A stretch of DNA of 63,101 bases, the filler included, from Octopus bimaculoides (Eukaryota), in the NCBI RefSeq assembly GCF_001194135.2. It is 5 parts of 5 records of this genome, joined end to end, with 100 filler letters (N's around TTAATTAATTAA, not from the genome) between each part and the next. Parts side by side here need not be neighbours in the genome. Positions count along the whole stretch, not along the records: positions 14,059 to 35,216 come from NC_068981.1; positions 35,317 to 50,015 come from NC_068984.1; 3 more parts are not named here. One strand, given 5' to 3'. Under the pieces are notes generated by a model that was not told the origin of the DNA, did no database searches, and saw only the letters and a program-made list of their open reading frames with translations. The stretch's first letter is position 1; each line of letters begins with the position of its first letter. Made by a program: the position numbers and the translations under genes. Positions 23,966-35,993 of this stretch are shown here, piece after piece.

Positions 23966-25275
23966 CTGGGTGGGGCAGAGAGGATGGACATTTTTGAAAT
24001 GGCTATTACTCAGCCCCAGTGAGAGGGACAAATGTCCAACAGGTACCATTTGGTCCATGGTGTCTGAGCATTTTTTTTCTTTTCAGGTGAAGCCATGGTG
24101 CTGTGAACGACAGAGCATCACATGTTTGCCTATGACAGTTATATGAAGAATAACGAGTCAGTCACAACAGTTCAGTGTTAGTTTTGGCACCACTTCAACA
24201 TTCACCGAAATCAGGCTGTTTCCACCCATAACACAATTTTACGTTGGGTGAATGCACTTCATACACGAGGTACACTAATGAATAGGAGACTAGTGGGGGT
24301 GCCACGAATGGTATGGACCCCGGAAAATGTGGAACGCATCAGACAAGCTTTGATATGGAGTCCAAATCACTCTGCTCAGAGGCATTCCACTGAAATTGGC
24401 ATCAGTAATTGATCAGTAAGGCATAGTTTGCATAAAGGCCTGCATTTCCACCTGTTCAAATCGGTCATTGGGCAACAGTTGAAACCATGGGACTATGCAT
24501 GTGGTTTAACTTCACACATTAGATGGAAGCAATTTTTGAGGCAAGTGACAACCTCATTTTGTTAATGAGTGATGAAGCTCATTTTCATCTCAATGGCATA
24601 GTGAATCAACAGAACTGTCATTATTGGGCTCTTGAAAATCTGAGAGAACTGCACAAAAGACCACTGTACAGCCCAAAAGTAATGGTCTGGTGTGCTGTTG
24701 GAAAAGCTGTTGTCATTGGTTCTTACTTTTTTGAAGACATTAATGGAAATGCTCTTTCTGTAAACTCTGAGCATTACATCGAGATGATAAACAACTTCTA
24801 TGTGCCTGAATTACAATGAAAACATATGCCTGTTCGACGTATGTGGTTTCAGCAGGATGGGGCAATGGCCCACACAATCAGAACACTCTCTTTGGTGACT
24901 GCCTCATTTCCAGGTTTGCTAATATTTCTTGGTCCCCTTGGTCCCCTGATTTGTTTATGTGTGATTATTTCTTGTGGCAAAATCTCAAGGCACATGTGTA
25001 TGTGTATAAGCCCCATACATTGGATGATCAGAAGGAAGCTATCCACATGGAAGTTGCCCAAATCAACAGAGCAATGCTGGAGAGAGTGGAGGCCAACTTC
25101 CAAGAACGCCTTCAGAAATGCATCAATGAAAATGGACACCACATGATGCATATTGTTTTCCACGCTTGATTTTGACAAATACTAATTCCATATGAACATA
25201 GTGATGTCACTAAAATTTGTTTGCAGCTAAAATTAATGATTTTGTGAAGTTTTCAAAAACGTCCATCCTCTCTGC
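23966..25275 (+). mobile_element. IS630-Tc1-mariner element, rosa/DD41D-like, about 1.3 kb
   Basis: TA followed by ctgggtggggcagagaggatggacatttttgaaa on the left. The inner part of the right TIR is ttttcaaaaacgtccatcctctctgca (outer 10 bp missing). Confidence 0.85.
24095..25169 (+). pseudogene. DDxD transposase (rosa/DD41D-like), disrupted
   Basis: Translation gives WTPENVE..LMSDEAHFHLNG.VNQQNC.YWA.EN..WCA..IG.YFFED..WFQQDGA.AH..LISRF..I.W.PWSPDL..CDYFLW. The third catalytic residue is Asp. The family assignment rests on motif resemblance because a deletion prevents counting the spacing. Confidence 0.85.
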
Positions 25276-25982
25276 AAGTGACTTTGCAACACAGTGGACT
25301 CATATGTCAATTGTTTACTTGACTTCTAACATCAACAGTAAATTAACATTCCTGTTATTGACACTAAAGTGGGGGAATAATCCTTTCTACTATAGGCACA
25401 AGGCCTGAAATTTGGCAGGCGGGGGATAGTCAATTACATCAACCCCAGTGCTCAACTAGTACTTATTTTATTAATCTTAAAAGGATTAAAGGTAAAGTTG
25501 TCCTCAGCAGAATTTTGAACTCAGAATACAAAGGCAGATAAAATGCTGCTAAGCATTTTGTCCAGTGTGCTAATGACTCTGCCTGCTCAGAAACTTTATA
25601 GTATCTGTACCACTACCAACTTGAAACTCTGCTAGCATTTAAACTGGCCATTTTCAGTCCAAATATTCTACTTACTTTATGTTCAAACTGGCCAGATCTG
25701 GTATGTCACGTCTACTCTACAATTCCATTCTAAAAATAAACAATCACATCATCAAAATCTCAACACTACAAGCTAGTGCATGATTGATTCAAAATAATGT
25801 GAATAAATAAGTGTTACATTTGATAGAGTAATATGAACACTAAAAGGTTAATCTGTCATGACACAGTATAACGTTATGGGTTCGATTCAATCAAGTGTGT
25901 CTTTTCCCTGTTTATGTAAACGTTTTCCTTCATTATAAAGTAAAGCATGCTATCAGTGGCTATCTTCTCTTTATACTTGCAG

Positions 25983-26110
25983 AAGAACAGCAAGAACGAT
26001 TTTTACTTCCACCAGACCAACCAGATGATGCTAAAATACTTCGGTTTGGAATAATTGGTGTCCCTAATGCTGGAAAGTCAACACTGGTCAACCAATTGGT
26101 GAACTGGAAG
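25983..26110 (+). CDS. ERAL1: Mitochondrial Era-like GTPase, G1 (P-loop) exon
   Basis: ttatacttgcAG|aagaacag...tggaag|GTAAGA encodes [43 protein letters not shown]. The [14 protein letters not shown] motif preceded by PD-P...LR resembles human ERAL1 [33 protein letters not shown]. Confidence 0.88.
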
Positions 26111-26815
26111 GTAAGATATTTCTATTAGAAGCAATGGCCACTAAATTCAAGACTGGAAACCACAACAGGAGAGGTATTCGATGCAATTGGTTGTGTGTTT
26201 GGCAGCAAAATGTGTTTTAGGATGACAGGGAAACAACAAATAGACTAAAGAAGCCTTAAGACAAACTGGTTGTAAAATGTTGAGAGTCCACAAGTTACAC
26301 ATGAAATGATAATGGCTGACATGTGTGTCACACCACAGACATCAGCCAATGTGTGCATGACATATATAATGTGAATGAATGATGTGTTGTGTGAGTGTAT
26401 TGAAGTTTATGATGGAGTGCTGTTAGGATAGAGGCATGCCAAGACACTAGAAGACAAATCTGAGGATGAATTGCTTCAAAGAAGAAATGATTTACAATGA
26501 AAATGGTTGAGATTAGGAAGTGGTGGTGGGCGGTGGTGGTGATACAAGAAGAAGAAACCCATCTAACCCACTTTAGTGTGTTAAAATGTGACTATGATCA
26601 GAAGGAGAAAAATAACTAATGGGAAATACTGTAAATTGGAAGAATTATGTAGAGAAACAGGTGTTGGATGTGCTATGAAGGATTCAATAAATATCAAAGT
26701 TAGTCTGTGAGAAGTGATGCTACAAACTCTACTATTCTTTAAAATAGTATAGAAACAGTTAACATTACACTGCAATGTCATGTTTGAAATTAAACTCCAG
26801 TAATTTAATCGCATA

Positions 26816-27181
26816 TTGTTGTTGGCACTCCGTCGCTTACGACGTCGAGGATTCCAGTTGATCCGATCAACGGAACAGCCTGCTCGTGAAATTAACATGC
26901 AAGTGGCTGAGCAATCCACAGACACATGTACCCTTAACGTAGTTCTCAGGGATATTCAGCGTGACACAGTGTGACAAGGCTGACCCTTTGAATTACAGGC
27001 ACAACAGAAACAGGAAGTAAGAGTGTGAGAAAGTTGTGGTGAAAGAGTACAGCAGGGTTCGCCACCATTCCCTGCCGGAGCCTCGTGGAGCTTTAGGTGT
27101 TTTCACTCAATAAAAACTCACAACGCCCGGTCTGGGAATCGAAACAGCGATCCTATGACCGCGAGTCTGCTGCCCTAACCA
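26816..27181 (-). mobile_element. SINE family A (tRNA-derived), 5' end clipped
   Basis: Highly similar to 38711-39096, with a (CAA)n-like tail. Confidence 0.9.
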
Positions 27182-27289
27182 TATGCCCTAATTGCATATA
27201 GATTAGATAATAATGACTTTGTATGGAGTCTTGTAACTTCAGATATTTCATTTCTAAAGCACTTGTAGCAATGCTACATAAAAGCACTC

Positions 27290-27625
27290 ATGTGGTGTCA
27301 CGGAAATGCACTCATCCAACAACACATAAATACACCCATGTGGCATCATGTAAAAGCACCCGTGCACCATCATGTAAAAGCATCCATGCAGGGTCACATG
27401 AAAATGCCTGTGTGGCATCACATAAAAGCATCAGTGTGGTGCCATGTAAAAGCTCCCAACACACTCTGCGAAGTGGTTGGCATTAAGAAAGGCACCCACC
27501 TGTAGAAACCATGCCAAATCAGACTGGAGTCTGGTACAGCCTCACTTCCAGCATGCCAGCTCTGGTCACACCATCCAACTCATGCCAGCATGGACAACAG
27601 ATGCTAAATGATGATGATGATGATG
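27290..27625 (+). mobile_element. SINE family C with internally repeated catgtaaaagc blocks
   Basis: Ends ...atgctaaatgatgatgatgatg and is the reverse orientation of 3024-3362. Confidence 0.75.
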
Positions 27626-27751
27626 TTTATGATTGATATTGATGGTGACATGAGAGTCTACATGTAATCACTCACTATACTAGAAATTGTTATGAAATCT
27701 CCCTCAAATCAAAACCCTGCTACCTTAAAAAATTATGGCGGACACATTATA

Positions 27752-28155
27752 GGTGCAGGTGCCACTGTATGGTAAGAAGTTTGCTTCCCAACCACATGGT
27801 TCTGGGTTCAGTCCCACTACATGGCACCTTGAGCAAGTGCCTTCTACTATAGTCACAGGCTGACCAAAGCTTTGTGAGTGAATTTGGTTGACGGAAACTT
27901 AAAGAAGCTCATCGTCTGTGTGTATGCGTGTGTGTGTGTGTTTGTGTCTGTTTGTCCTCTACCACCTCTTAGCAACTGGTGTTGGTGTGTTTACATCCCC
28001 ATAACTTAGCAGTCCAGCTAAAGAGACCGATAAAATAAGTATCAGACTTAAAAATAAAAAAATAAATACTAAAGGGTGATTCATTCAACGAAAAATTCTT
28101 CAAGGCAGTGCCCCAGCCTGTCTATAGTCTAATGACTGAAACAAGTGAAAGATAG
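27752..28155 (+). mobile_element. SINE family B
   Basis: Colinear with 3761-4150. Confidence 0.8.
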
Positions 28156-30057
28156 AAGTTAAAAGATTGGATAATGTAGTTCATTGTGATTGGTGATGAT
28201 CAATGAAGGATGGTCTGTTATTATAAATCAACTTGAAAAAGACTAACCATGGACTAAACAGTAACAATTTTAGAACCAAAGACTGCAACTGCTATACTTA
28301 TAAGTTACTAGGCAGAGGCTTGGTTATATGACTGTAGTTATTATTATCAGTTTTAAAAACTCATTTTTCCTTATATCAGCAAAATAAAATGGAAACTGTC
28401 TTGTCTTTGCAACAATCAATAATTTGGCATGATTACTCTGGCTACAGTTTTCATCATATTTGACCTGACTCATGAGATTTCTCTGATCTAGTGCTGTTGT
28501 ATGCAACGATTTTAGTATTTCAACGACCACACCATAAACCCACTCCATTCCTCATGCATTTCAGAAATATCAAAAATTGAGTAGATTAGGTGAAGAACGA
28601 AGCAGAAAGTTAAAAAGCTGAGCGAAGAAGGTTAACTTATTGCAAAAGACAAACAAACAAACAACAATGCTAAGCAAATTTTGCAAAAGAGAAAAACTAA
28701 AGAATTAGCAAATAATGAGTTGCTTAATTTGATGGCTTGCTTACTTAACCATCTGGAACCTTCTATCTTTGGGACTGTTATTGCAATTACTAATGCATTC
28801 CATCCTTCTGGTTCAGGAAAGAAGGTTAAACCAGAAATGAAAATAAAATAAAATTCTCAACAATACTAGAAGAAAAAACAGCAGAAGAGGCCAGGAAAAC
28901 AATATATTTGACATTGTTAGATGTAATTTTGGACAAAACTAGCAATTCCAGCAATTATTCCCCAGGTTTTGCTGTAAATTTAGAGGTGAATTTCAGTTGG
29001 AAAAACCTTGTTAATTTCTGTCTGTTTACAATGAAATTAGAAATTATATCCAACAGAAGTGTACACATATGTACTCTGTTAATTAGATATTGATTTTTTT
29101 TTTACTAGGCACAGGGGACCTGTTTTGTATGAGAGATGGTAATATGTTCCCATCATGTCCATTACAAGTACTTTAACACCCCACCACTGCCAAGAGGTTA
29201 TCCTCATCAGCTCCATCAGCAATACAATCTAGTAAAAGACACTCTGGGTTGAATAGGTCTGCAATGCATGCAATTGCTATTTACGTTACTTGCTAATGTA
29301 ATTACCATAAAACTCCATGTACTGTATGCATTTTTTTCTCTCATAAAAATCAAGATTAAAATTTAAATTTTGGGGTATATATAATACATGGTATTCGTGT
29401 AATTTATCTTTTGCTTGTGTGATTTTAGTCAATCAAATCGACCTCAATACTTATTTGTTTCTAAGTCTGGTACTTATAATATTAGTCTCTTTCACGGAAG
29501 TAATACCAACACCAGTTGTTAAGACACACACACAAAGTCACACACACATATACATACGCATACATATATACACATACATAGACATACATACAAACATACA
29601 TGATATATATAGGTTATTCTATCAAACGTAATGATTATTGATTTACATTGTTTTAAATTAATCATGCATTATCTCATATCCTTGAGATTTTGGTGGTGTG
29701 ATCGTTTAAAGTAAAATAACATTGTAGAGTGTGTGTGAGAGCTTGGATTTGGCTAGTTTGAACCTAAAGCAAATAGAAAATTTTGGCTGGATATGGCTGG
29801 TTTAAATGCTAAAGGATTAATGTTTGTTTTTATGTTCTGTTATAATGAAAACAATTTTACATTAATCTGATGGGTTACTCTATACTTTTGTGGAGCACAA
29901 ATTTATTATTCTTGTTGACAGTGACTTTGAAGTTTTGACCAGCTAAGCCATCATGCATAGTGTTATGTTTTGGGGGATTTTTTTTAGCCATTTTAGGCTC
30001 TAAAATCAAGATGCATATTATACATGGATTTTTATGACATTCCCTTTGTGGACCAAT

Positions 30058-30107
<50 letters not shown>

Positions 30108-30295
30108 AAGAGAGAGAGAGAGCATCTGTATGGTCACTCACCTTTCAAGAAATATCAGTCAAGTCTACTTCCAATGACATTTTAATGTCTTAAAAATAGA
30201 ATGACACATTGAATAACACTAGATACCTGATGGACTCTCTTGTTGTAAACAACAGATGAGGTTTGATGAGAGTTCTGAAAGCTTTTGCTGAGCAA

Positions 30296-30510
30296 TCTGC
30301 ACGTGGTAAGTAGCTTACTTACCAACCACATGGTTCAGGGTTCAGTCCCACTGCGTGACACCTTGGACAAGTGTCTTCTACNNNNNNNNNNGGGTTCAGT
30401 CCCACTGCGTGACACCTTGGACAAGTGTCTTCTACCATAGCCTCGGGCCAACCAAAGCCTTGTGAGTGGGTTTGGTAGACGGAAACTGAAAGAAGCCTGT
30501 CGTAATTATG

Positions 30511-30541
<31 letters not shown>

Positions 30542-30748
30542 ATTTATGTTTGTGTGTCTGTTTGTCCCCCCAACTTCGCTTGACAACCGATGCTGGTGTG
30601 TTTATGTCCCCATAACTTAGCAGTTCGACAAAAAGAGACCGATAGAATAAGTACTAGGCATACAAAGAATAAGTCCTGGGGTCGATTTGCTCGACTAAAG
30701 GCGGTGCCCCAGCATGGCTGGAGTCAAATGACTGAAACAAGTAAAACA
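30296..30748 (+). mobile_element. SINE family B (contains a gap-overlap duplication)
   Basis: Colinear with 3761-4150. Confidence 0.85.
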
Positions 30749-31043
30749 GTAAATGTTTGTGCTGCACATTAGCTCACTCCCTCCATCAAATCTAGACATT
30801 GCCTGTAGAGGTGTACAGTGTGCCATATATCAGATGTCGAAGTGATTGCAGACCAGCATGCAATGAAATGTTTTACTCAGAAACATAACGCACTACCTGG
30901 TCTGGGAATGGAAACCATGATCTTGCACTCATAAGTGCAAAACCCTAACCACTAAGCCACATGCCCTCACCCTAGATAAATAATACCTGAGGTAAAAAAA
31001 AAAAAAAACAAGATACTCATAATTGAAAGTATCATTAAAAGCT

Positions 31044-31190
31044 GTGGTCCTCAACCATTTTTTGCCTATGGACCCCCTTTGATTCCTATTTCATTCTACT
31101 TGACCTCCATAGCCATTTGAGGTATATAAAAAAAAAACTCCTGTTGTATTTTTATAATTAAATATTATTAGGAATTGTATAAAAGAGAAT
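31044..31190 (+). mobile_element. hAT-type MITE fragment
   Basis: The start ctgtggtcctcaacc...atggacccc resembles CAGTGGTTCTCAACC Charlie-type ends. No partner TIR is seen. Confidence 0.45.
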
Positions 31191-31212
31191 GTAAAGAGTC
31201 AGAATATTCTCT

Positions 31213-31885
31213 TTTACTCTTTTACTAGTTTCAGTCATTTGACTCCAGCCATGTTGGGCACCACCTTTTAGTCGAGCAAATCGACCCCAGGACTTATTCT
31301 TTGTAAGCCTAGTACTTATTCTTTCGGTCTCTTTTTTGCCGAACCGCTAAGTTACGGGGACGTAAACACACCAGCCTCGGTTGTCAAGCAAAGTTGGGGG
31401 GGGACAAACACACACACACAAACACACACACACATACANNNNNNNNNNNNNNNNNNNNNNNNNNNNNNNNNNNNNNNNNNNNNNNNNNNNNNNNNNNNNN
31501 NNNNNNNNNNNNNNNNNNNNNNNNNNNNNNNNNNNNNNNNNNNNNNNNNNNNNNNNNNNNNNNNNNNNNNNNNNNNNNNNNNNNNNNNNNNNNNNNNNNN
31601 NNNNNNNNNNNNNNNNNNNNNNNNNNNNNNNNNNNNNNNNNNNNNNNNNNNNNNNNNNNNNNNNNNNNNNNNNNNNNNNNNNNNNNNNNNNNNNNNNNNN
31701 NNTATATATATATATATATGTATATATATATACATATATACGACTGGCTTCTTTCAGTTTCCGTCTACCAAATCCACTCACAAGGCTTTGGTTGGCCCGA
31801 GGCTATAGTAGAAGACACTTGCCCAAGGTTCCATGCAGTGGGACTGAACCTTGGTAAGCAAGCTACTTACCACACAGCCACTTCT
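31213..31885 (-). mobile_element. SINE family B (spans an N gap)
   Basis: Reverse complement of the family B tail and head on either side of the gap. Confidence 0.85.
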
Positions 31886-32519
31886 GCGCCTATTGCTAAG
31901 CATTTTGAGCAATGTGCTAACAGGTCTGCTTATTTGCTGCCTTATTTTCTGGTAATATTTCTTTCTGCTACAGGAATAAGGCCTGAAATTTTGGGAGAGT
32001 GTCTAGTTGATTACATTGACCACAGTGCTTGACTTACTTATTTCATGGACCCTGAAAAGGATGAAAGGCATAGTCGATCTTGGCAGAATTTGAACTCGGA
32101 ACATAAAGAACCAGAAGTTCTGCTATGCATTTATAAATTTTTAACAACAAAATTTGATATGGACCTCAGTTCAGAACCACTGATCTAAAGCATCAACTAA
32201 TTTGTGCCGCATAGTATTGCCCCTTTTAGTGGACAATACTCAGCTCATTATTCAGATATTATATTGCATTTAACTGGTTAAAAACATTTTAATCCATAAA
32301 AGCATAACGAAGGGTTTGTAAAGATGGGATGATGAATAATTGATTGAATAGCCTGTACAACATTAAGTATCATGGGTTGGTTGGTTGGTTAGTTTGTTTT
32401 TCTCATAAGCTTCAAGTTGTGATCATGTTAATTAAAATGTTACTGCAATGTTGCCTGGAAGCATTTTATATATCCCACTCCTCTGCCTTGCAAGCCATTT
32501 TGTTTTACCTACAACTCTT

Positions 32520-32537
32520 ACTGCCCTCTTCTCTCTG

Positions 32538-32581
<44 letters not shown>

Positions 32582-33365
32582 CCTCTCTGTCACCTGTTTC
32601 TATTTCTTCCTATCACTCTCTCTCTCCTCTTTTTTCTTACTGCTTTCTCTCTTATGGCCCTTTTTTTNNNNNNNNNNNNNNNNNNNNNNNNNNNNNNNNN
32701 NNNNNNNNNNNNNNNNNNNNNNNNNNNNNNNNNNNNNNNNNNNNNNNNNNNNNNNNNNNNNNNNNNNNNNNNNNNNNNNNNNNNNNNNNNNNNNNNNNNN
32801 NNNNNNNNNNNNNNNNNNNNNNNNNNNNNNNNNNNNNNNNNNNNNNNNNNNNNNNNNNNNNNNNNNNNNNNNNNNNNNNTCACTCTCTCTCTCCTCTTTT
32901 TTCTTACTGCTTTCTCTCTTATGGCCCTTTTTTTCCAATGCTTCCCCATCTCTCTCTCTCTCTCTCTCTCTCTTATCTCTCTCTCTTATCTCTCTCTCTC
33001 CTGTATTCTTTCTTCTCCTCCTCCTACCACTTTTCTCTCTCCTTCTGTACCTCATCTCTTATCCCCTTCCATGTCTTCTCCGCTCTTCATCCCTTTCCAT
33101 GTTCTTTTCTCCCCTCTCACTACCACCATTTCTTCTCTACTTCTATTTTTCCTTCTCTCCACCTCTCCTCCCACTACTATCCTTCCCCCCCCCCTCTCAC
33201 TACTATTCTTCTTTGTTCTCCAACCATCATTCTTTCTTACCTCCCTCCTTCCCTCTCATCTACTTCTGTCTTTTGCCTGCTTTCTCTTTCACCTTCTCTC
33301 TCCATTGTCTCTCTTCTACCTATTCTTCTCTCCCATCTCCTCTCCCCACCTTACCTTCTCTCTTC
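32520..33365 (+). repeat. Polypyrimidine low-complexity tract
   Basis: Almost entirely C/T on the + strand. Confidence 0.9.
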
Positions 33366-33589
33366 AATTGCTCCAACAATATGCAAATATACTAAAAATG
33401 AATTGGTTGTCACATGCATGTGTGTGTGTGCACATAACATGATTGTATACACACTTCAACAATATACCACATCAAGTTCCAACACTGATCTACACAGGGC
33501 TTCTAAAACCTTTTTTTTTATAATTATCACCCACTTTCTTATACTAGAACATTTTCATCTCCAGCCCTCTTCCCCATCTTTACTCTTTT

Positions 33590-33793
33590 ACTAGTTTCAG
33601 TCATTTGACTGCAGCCATGCTGGAGCACCGCCTTTTTTTATAGTTGAACAAATCGACCCCAGAGCTTATTCTTTGTAAGCCTAGTACTTATTCTACCGGT
33701 CTCTTCTGCCGAACCGCTAAGTTACAGGGACGTAAACACACCAGCATTGGTTGTCAAGCGATGCTAGGGGGACAAACAGACGCACAAACATAT

Positions 33794-33834
<41 letters not shown>

Positions 33835-34352
33835 NNNNNNNNNNNNNNNNNNNNNNNNNNNNNNNNNNNNNNNNNNNNNNNNNNNNNNNNNNNNNNNNNN
33901 NNNNNNNNNNNNNNNNNNNNNNNNNNNNNNNNNNNNNNNNNNNNNNNNNNNNNNCTTGGGGATGGTCATATTGCCAGTTTAGCCAATAAAAACACACGCA
34001 CTGTATATTTGGTGTTAATTTTTTTTTTTTTTTTTTCAGCTTTATATTACATTAATCTTAATCTTAATCTTATTTCGGCCAGAGTTCTTTCGTCACACTT
34101 CTGTGACCTCATCAGTGGTCCTTTGTTTCCTTCTTTCTTATGTGTGTCTCACCTTGCTAACTATCAGCCATTTTTCATATATATATATATATATATATAC
34201 ATATACAACAGGCTTCTTTCAGTTTCCGTCTACCAAATCCACTCACGAGGCTTTGGTCAGCCCAACGCTATAATAGAAGACACTTGCCCAAGGTGCCACA
34301 CAGTGGGACTGAACCCAGGCCCATGTGGTTGGTAAGCAAGCTACTTACCACA
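33590..34352 (-). mobile_element. SINE family B interrupted at its microsatellite by another repeat (about 33955-34180)
   Basis: The tail lies at 33590-33800 and the head at 34200-34352. The insert between them carries a hammerhead-like motif. Confidence 0.75.
34072..34121 (-). ncRNA. Hammerhead-ribozyme-like motif with intact CUGAUGA/GAAA core
   Basis: Minus strand reads GGACCA-CTGATGA-G-GTCACA[gaag]TGTGAC-GAA-AG[aa]CT-C-TGGCC. Stem II has 6 bp, and stem I CCA/TGG extends across a bulge. Confidence 0.55.
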
Positions 34353-34784
34353 CAATCTTTGCAACAAAATTAAATATGTCAGAACACCATGAAACATTAT
34401 TGCCAACAGATTGGTTGACATTGAAAGACTGTTTGTATGCAAATCATTTCACCAATAAAATATGGAATGTCAAAACATTTTGATGATTTGATATTGGTTT
34501 TAAATTTTAGCATAAGGCCAGCAATTTCAAGGAAGAGGATAAGTCGATTACACTGACCCCAGTACATATTTCATTGACCTTGAATGGATGAATGGCAAAG
34601 TTGACCTCAGTGTAATTCAGATGTTGAAAAGCTCTTTATGTTTTGAGTTCAAATTCTGCTAAGATCAACTTTGTCTTTCATCCTTTCAGGGTCTATAAAA
34701 TAAGTAACAGTCATGTACTGTGGTCAATGTAATTGACTAAACGCTTTCCCAAAATTTCATTGTTTGCACACACACACACACACA

Positions 34785-35090
34785 AGGTCAATCATGAGGT
34801 TGTGAGTTCAATTTCTGGACTGGGTTGTGTGTTGTGTTCCTGAGCAAGACACTTTATTTCATGTTGCTCCCGTTCAATCAGCTGTAGAAATGAGCTGTGA
34901 CATTACTAGTGCCAAGCTGTATCTGATTTGATTTTCCCTTGGATAACATCAGTGGTGTGGAGAGGGGAGGCTGGTATGCTTGAGCGACGCTGGTCTTCCA
35001 TAAACATCTTTGCCCAAACTTGTGTTTCGGAGAGGTACTTTCCCGGTGCAGTCCCATGATCATTCAATGACCGAAGAAGGCCTTCAACCT
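34785..35090 (+). mobile_element. tRNA-derived SINE, head-truncated
   Basis: caatcatgaggttgtgagttcaatttctggactggg...gagcaagacactttatttc...cagctgtagaaatgag has a B-box-like segment and a body shared with 44164-44478. Confidence 0.7.
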
Positions 35091-35175
35091 TTATCTATAA
35101 AGGGAGAGTGTGATAGAGAGAGAATGAGACGGTGGTTACATATTCATCTAAACAAATCAATGCCATATATATATA

Positions 35176-35216
<41 letters not shown>

Positions 35217-35316
35217 NNNNNNNNNNNNNNNNNNNNNNNNNNNNNNNNNNNNNNNNNNNNTTAATTAATTAANNNNNNNNNNNNNNNNNNNNNNNNNNNN
35301 NNNNNNNNNNNNNNNN

Positions 35317-35351
<35 letters not shown>

Positions 35352-35709
35352 ACTCTCTCTTCCACTCCTTCTCATTCTATAGTCCCTCTGATTTCTTTTC
35401 ACTCTCTCTTATTTCTTAGTTCCTCTTACCTCTTTTCCCTCTTATTCTTTAATCCCTCTGCCCTCTACCACTTTTTCCCTCTCCTACTACGTGATCGCTG
35501 TCCGGCCAAGGCATTGTCGTCCTTCTTCGACCAGCTGTCATCCAGGCCGGTCACGTTCAACTGTCCTCCCGCTCGGTCTGTTAAGACTTTCCATTTCTCC
35601 TTTGCGCCAGGCTACTCCGTTCGTCTGATAGTCGAAAAACCCTTTATGTTGTAATTGTGCAATTATTTTCATGTTGTTGTATAGCCGAAAGGCGTTTGTC
35701 CATTGTATA

Positions 35710-35993
35710 TGTTGTAAAGTGGGGTTTTCCCACTGGTCTGATGTGTGACTGCCGCTGTACTGTAGTTGCTGTTTTACGTTAGTAGCCACAATAGTTACTA
35801 GTCATCGGATATCGTTGTATCTCTTCGTACCGGAATAGTAATACACTAACTTCTTCCGTGTTACTATCGCTGATAGCTCCACAAGAAACCTACTAGAACT
35901 GTTGACTCTCAACTCTTCGACTCTCGACCCTCTCTGATGACCGGCTACTGGTCTATATATACTGGGAGGGGTATACAGTTTCACTATACAACA
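35710..35993 (-). mobile_element. Solo-LTR-like element, 284 bp, TGTTGTA...TACAACA ends
   Basis: Imperfect 12-bp terminal inverted repeats with TG..CA ends and an internal TATATATA box followed by a purine-rich leader on the minus strand. The flanks are tata/tatg, and removing the element restores alignment with the neighbouring tandem unit. Confidence 0.6.
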
